Shown here piece after piece: positions 62,463-64,000 of a stretch of 64,000 bases of DNA. Positions within the stretch are counted from its first letter, which is position 1, and each line of letters starts with the position of its first letter. The notes below the pieces were generated by a model, which saw nothing but the letters and a program-made list of their open reading frames with translations, made no database searches and was not told where the DNA came from. Position numbers and translations under genes: made by a program. The stretch covers positions 248,001 through 312,000 of the forward strand of contig NW_027270973.1 of assembly GCF_040938485.1 (NCBI RefSeq). Direction: 5' to 3'. This stretch comes from Diadema antillarum (lineage: Eukaryota).

Positions 62463-63521
62463 TCAGGATGGTATGATGTAGACGAAACGATGACCAATAG
62501 ACGTGTAGAATGGAGCTGGTGTGTTACAGTAGTAGAGACTCGCTTTTACCGATGGATACGAAGAGGTCTGTCGGCTGCTTCGGGAGAGGAAGTCTACAGA
62601 CATCAAGGGATTGGTGGCGCCCTGCTGCTTTCGATGAGATGTCGTCTGCTGCAAATTGATGATGTCACGCTCCTTGCTGATGCGGAAAGTCGACCAGGAA
62701 TCCGGTGATCGGCTGCTACGAGACAGGAAATCGACTGACATCGGTGAGTCGTTGATGGCGAACTTCTTAGGTGGCGGCGTGATCTCCTGTTCGATGACAT
62801 CGAATGTCGAAGATCGCTTTCGCTTCCTACTGTATTCCACCTCAGGTTCTGCGAACTCGTTGTCGATGCGGCTCATCCCGGTAACTGATTGAACTGGATC
62901 GGAAGTACGAACGGTTCGACGATAACGTGCACGACGATTCTGGAACCAGACCTGCCCATGGAGAAAAGAACACATCACAATTTGTTTAGATTTCATGTAT
63001 AAGAGCACATTAACATCATCATCATCATCATCGTCGTCGTTATAACAATGATAATACACTTAATATTCTCCATGACACGTTTCTTTTACTGTGTATAATA
63101 TTATAATAGACTACCATTTTTGAGCCATTAAGATCCTCTTCATTAATGAAAGTAACATAATTAATAGTTTTAGTACTTGGATAAATCACGATAAATAGCA
63201 AATTGGCTCATATCCTTGAGCCCAGAATACACTGACACTTACTTTCAGTAAGAAGTCTGTTAGAAAATATTTACTAATTGACAAAATAATAACGAGACAT
63301 GTATAAAACAAAATATTGCTTACTCGAATCCTGGCTTCGCTGAGACCAAATGCTGCGGCCAGCTTCTCTCTAGAAACGATGTCAGGATATCGGTCTCTGC
63401 TGAATTCGACCTCGAGTCTCTCCAGCTGCAGTTTGGTGAACTTGGTCAGACGTCGACGACGTGAATGTTCAGTTGAAACGGACGACGACTTGTGGGCGAG
63501 CAACCAGAGGAAATCAGCCAT
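62463..63521 (-). CDS. pmar1/micro1-like PRD-class homeobox gene 5 (subtype B), 228 aa
   Basis: Exons 63521-63324 and 62951-62463. The homeodomain is [20 protein letters not shown]...EARIR|[12 protein letters not shown], with two [11 protein letters not shown] repeats. Confidence 0.92.
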
Positions 63522-64000
63522 GGTCGATGATGACAGAAGAGTGAATCGAATAAAGTGCTCTATGAAGATCGGTATCACGCGTCTTGACTTGCTGGGCTTG
63601 TGTCGAAAAGTGAAGGGCAAAATTTTGGACCACTTATCTTTACCCGATGAGAGAGATGAGTAATAAGAGTAATGGACTCCTTCTCCCACTGATGCTTGAT
63701 TTTCATTGGTCGAAGTTGTACAACCAATCGCTAAAGACAAAGGCGATGGGGATTACTCGAAGATGACGCTACTATGGATTTGAGTATCCGTCGTTATGAA
63801 CGTCCGGCGTTTGAAAATGAGAACAATAGGAAAGGGTAAAGCCGCCCGCCTTCGTGAGCTCCGATTTAGAACAATAGCTCTACCAATCAGGGTGGTTTTC
63901 AGAAGTCAGAGGCGGTAGGGAAGAAAGCTCTCCATGAATTTTGTTGGGAGCCGCAAAGGGACAAAAGACACAAAACTTTCGTTACCTCATTTAAAGAGTC

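Larger units (their letters stand above)
54460..64000. repeat. segmental duplication unit 2 (gene 4 + gene 5 cassette), running off the window
   Basis: Direct homology to 42590-53095. The gene-5 upstream region matches the gene-3 upstream region up to the window end. Confidence 0.9.

Noticed and set aside
38909-62892. Antisense ORFs overlapping the homeobox exons (MMSRSSLM..., MSSTRRTHRR...)
   Set aside because: They are shadow frames of GC-rich coding exons that recur only because the genes are paralogous, and their lengths and stops are inconsistent.

Overview
This is AT-rich, repeat-dense animal genomic DNA with spliceosomal introns, most likely from a euechinoid sea urchin (inferred from pmar1/micro1-type homeobox genes). 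From left to right: (1) an intronless RING/B-box/B-box/coiled-coil/beta-propeller TRIM gene (1824-3845) with a 5x 42-bp in-frame acidic repeat; (2) a scrambled pmar1-like pseudogene relic (4.7-5.9 kb); (3) a 17-kb nest of transposons, including two oppositely oriented hAT-type non-autonomous elements that each carry a ~165-bp satellite (one showing higher-order repeats), an Academ-like element with ~790-bp TIRs, a 5'-truncated LINE, MITEs and SINEs; (4) the 3' part of a CtIP/RBBP8-like gene with apparent lesions (30.2-35.0 kb); (5) a cluster of five intact two-exon PRD-class homeobox genes of the pmar1/micro1 type (38.3-63.5 kb, oriented + + - + -). Four of the five lie in a tandemly duplicated ~11-kb cassette that pairs two divergent subtypes tail-to-tail, and a further exon-1 relic lies at 41.7 kb. 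The most notable signals: homeodomains diverge while the C-terminal eh1-like repressor region is almost identical across subtypes, an ATTGG-N13/14-CCAAT motif sits in all five promoters and in the relic, and a TCF+Otx site cluster lies at 41.2 kb. All identities and counts are from by-eye alignment; no database searches were run.
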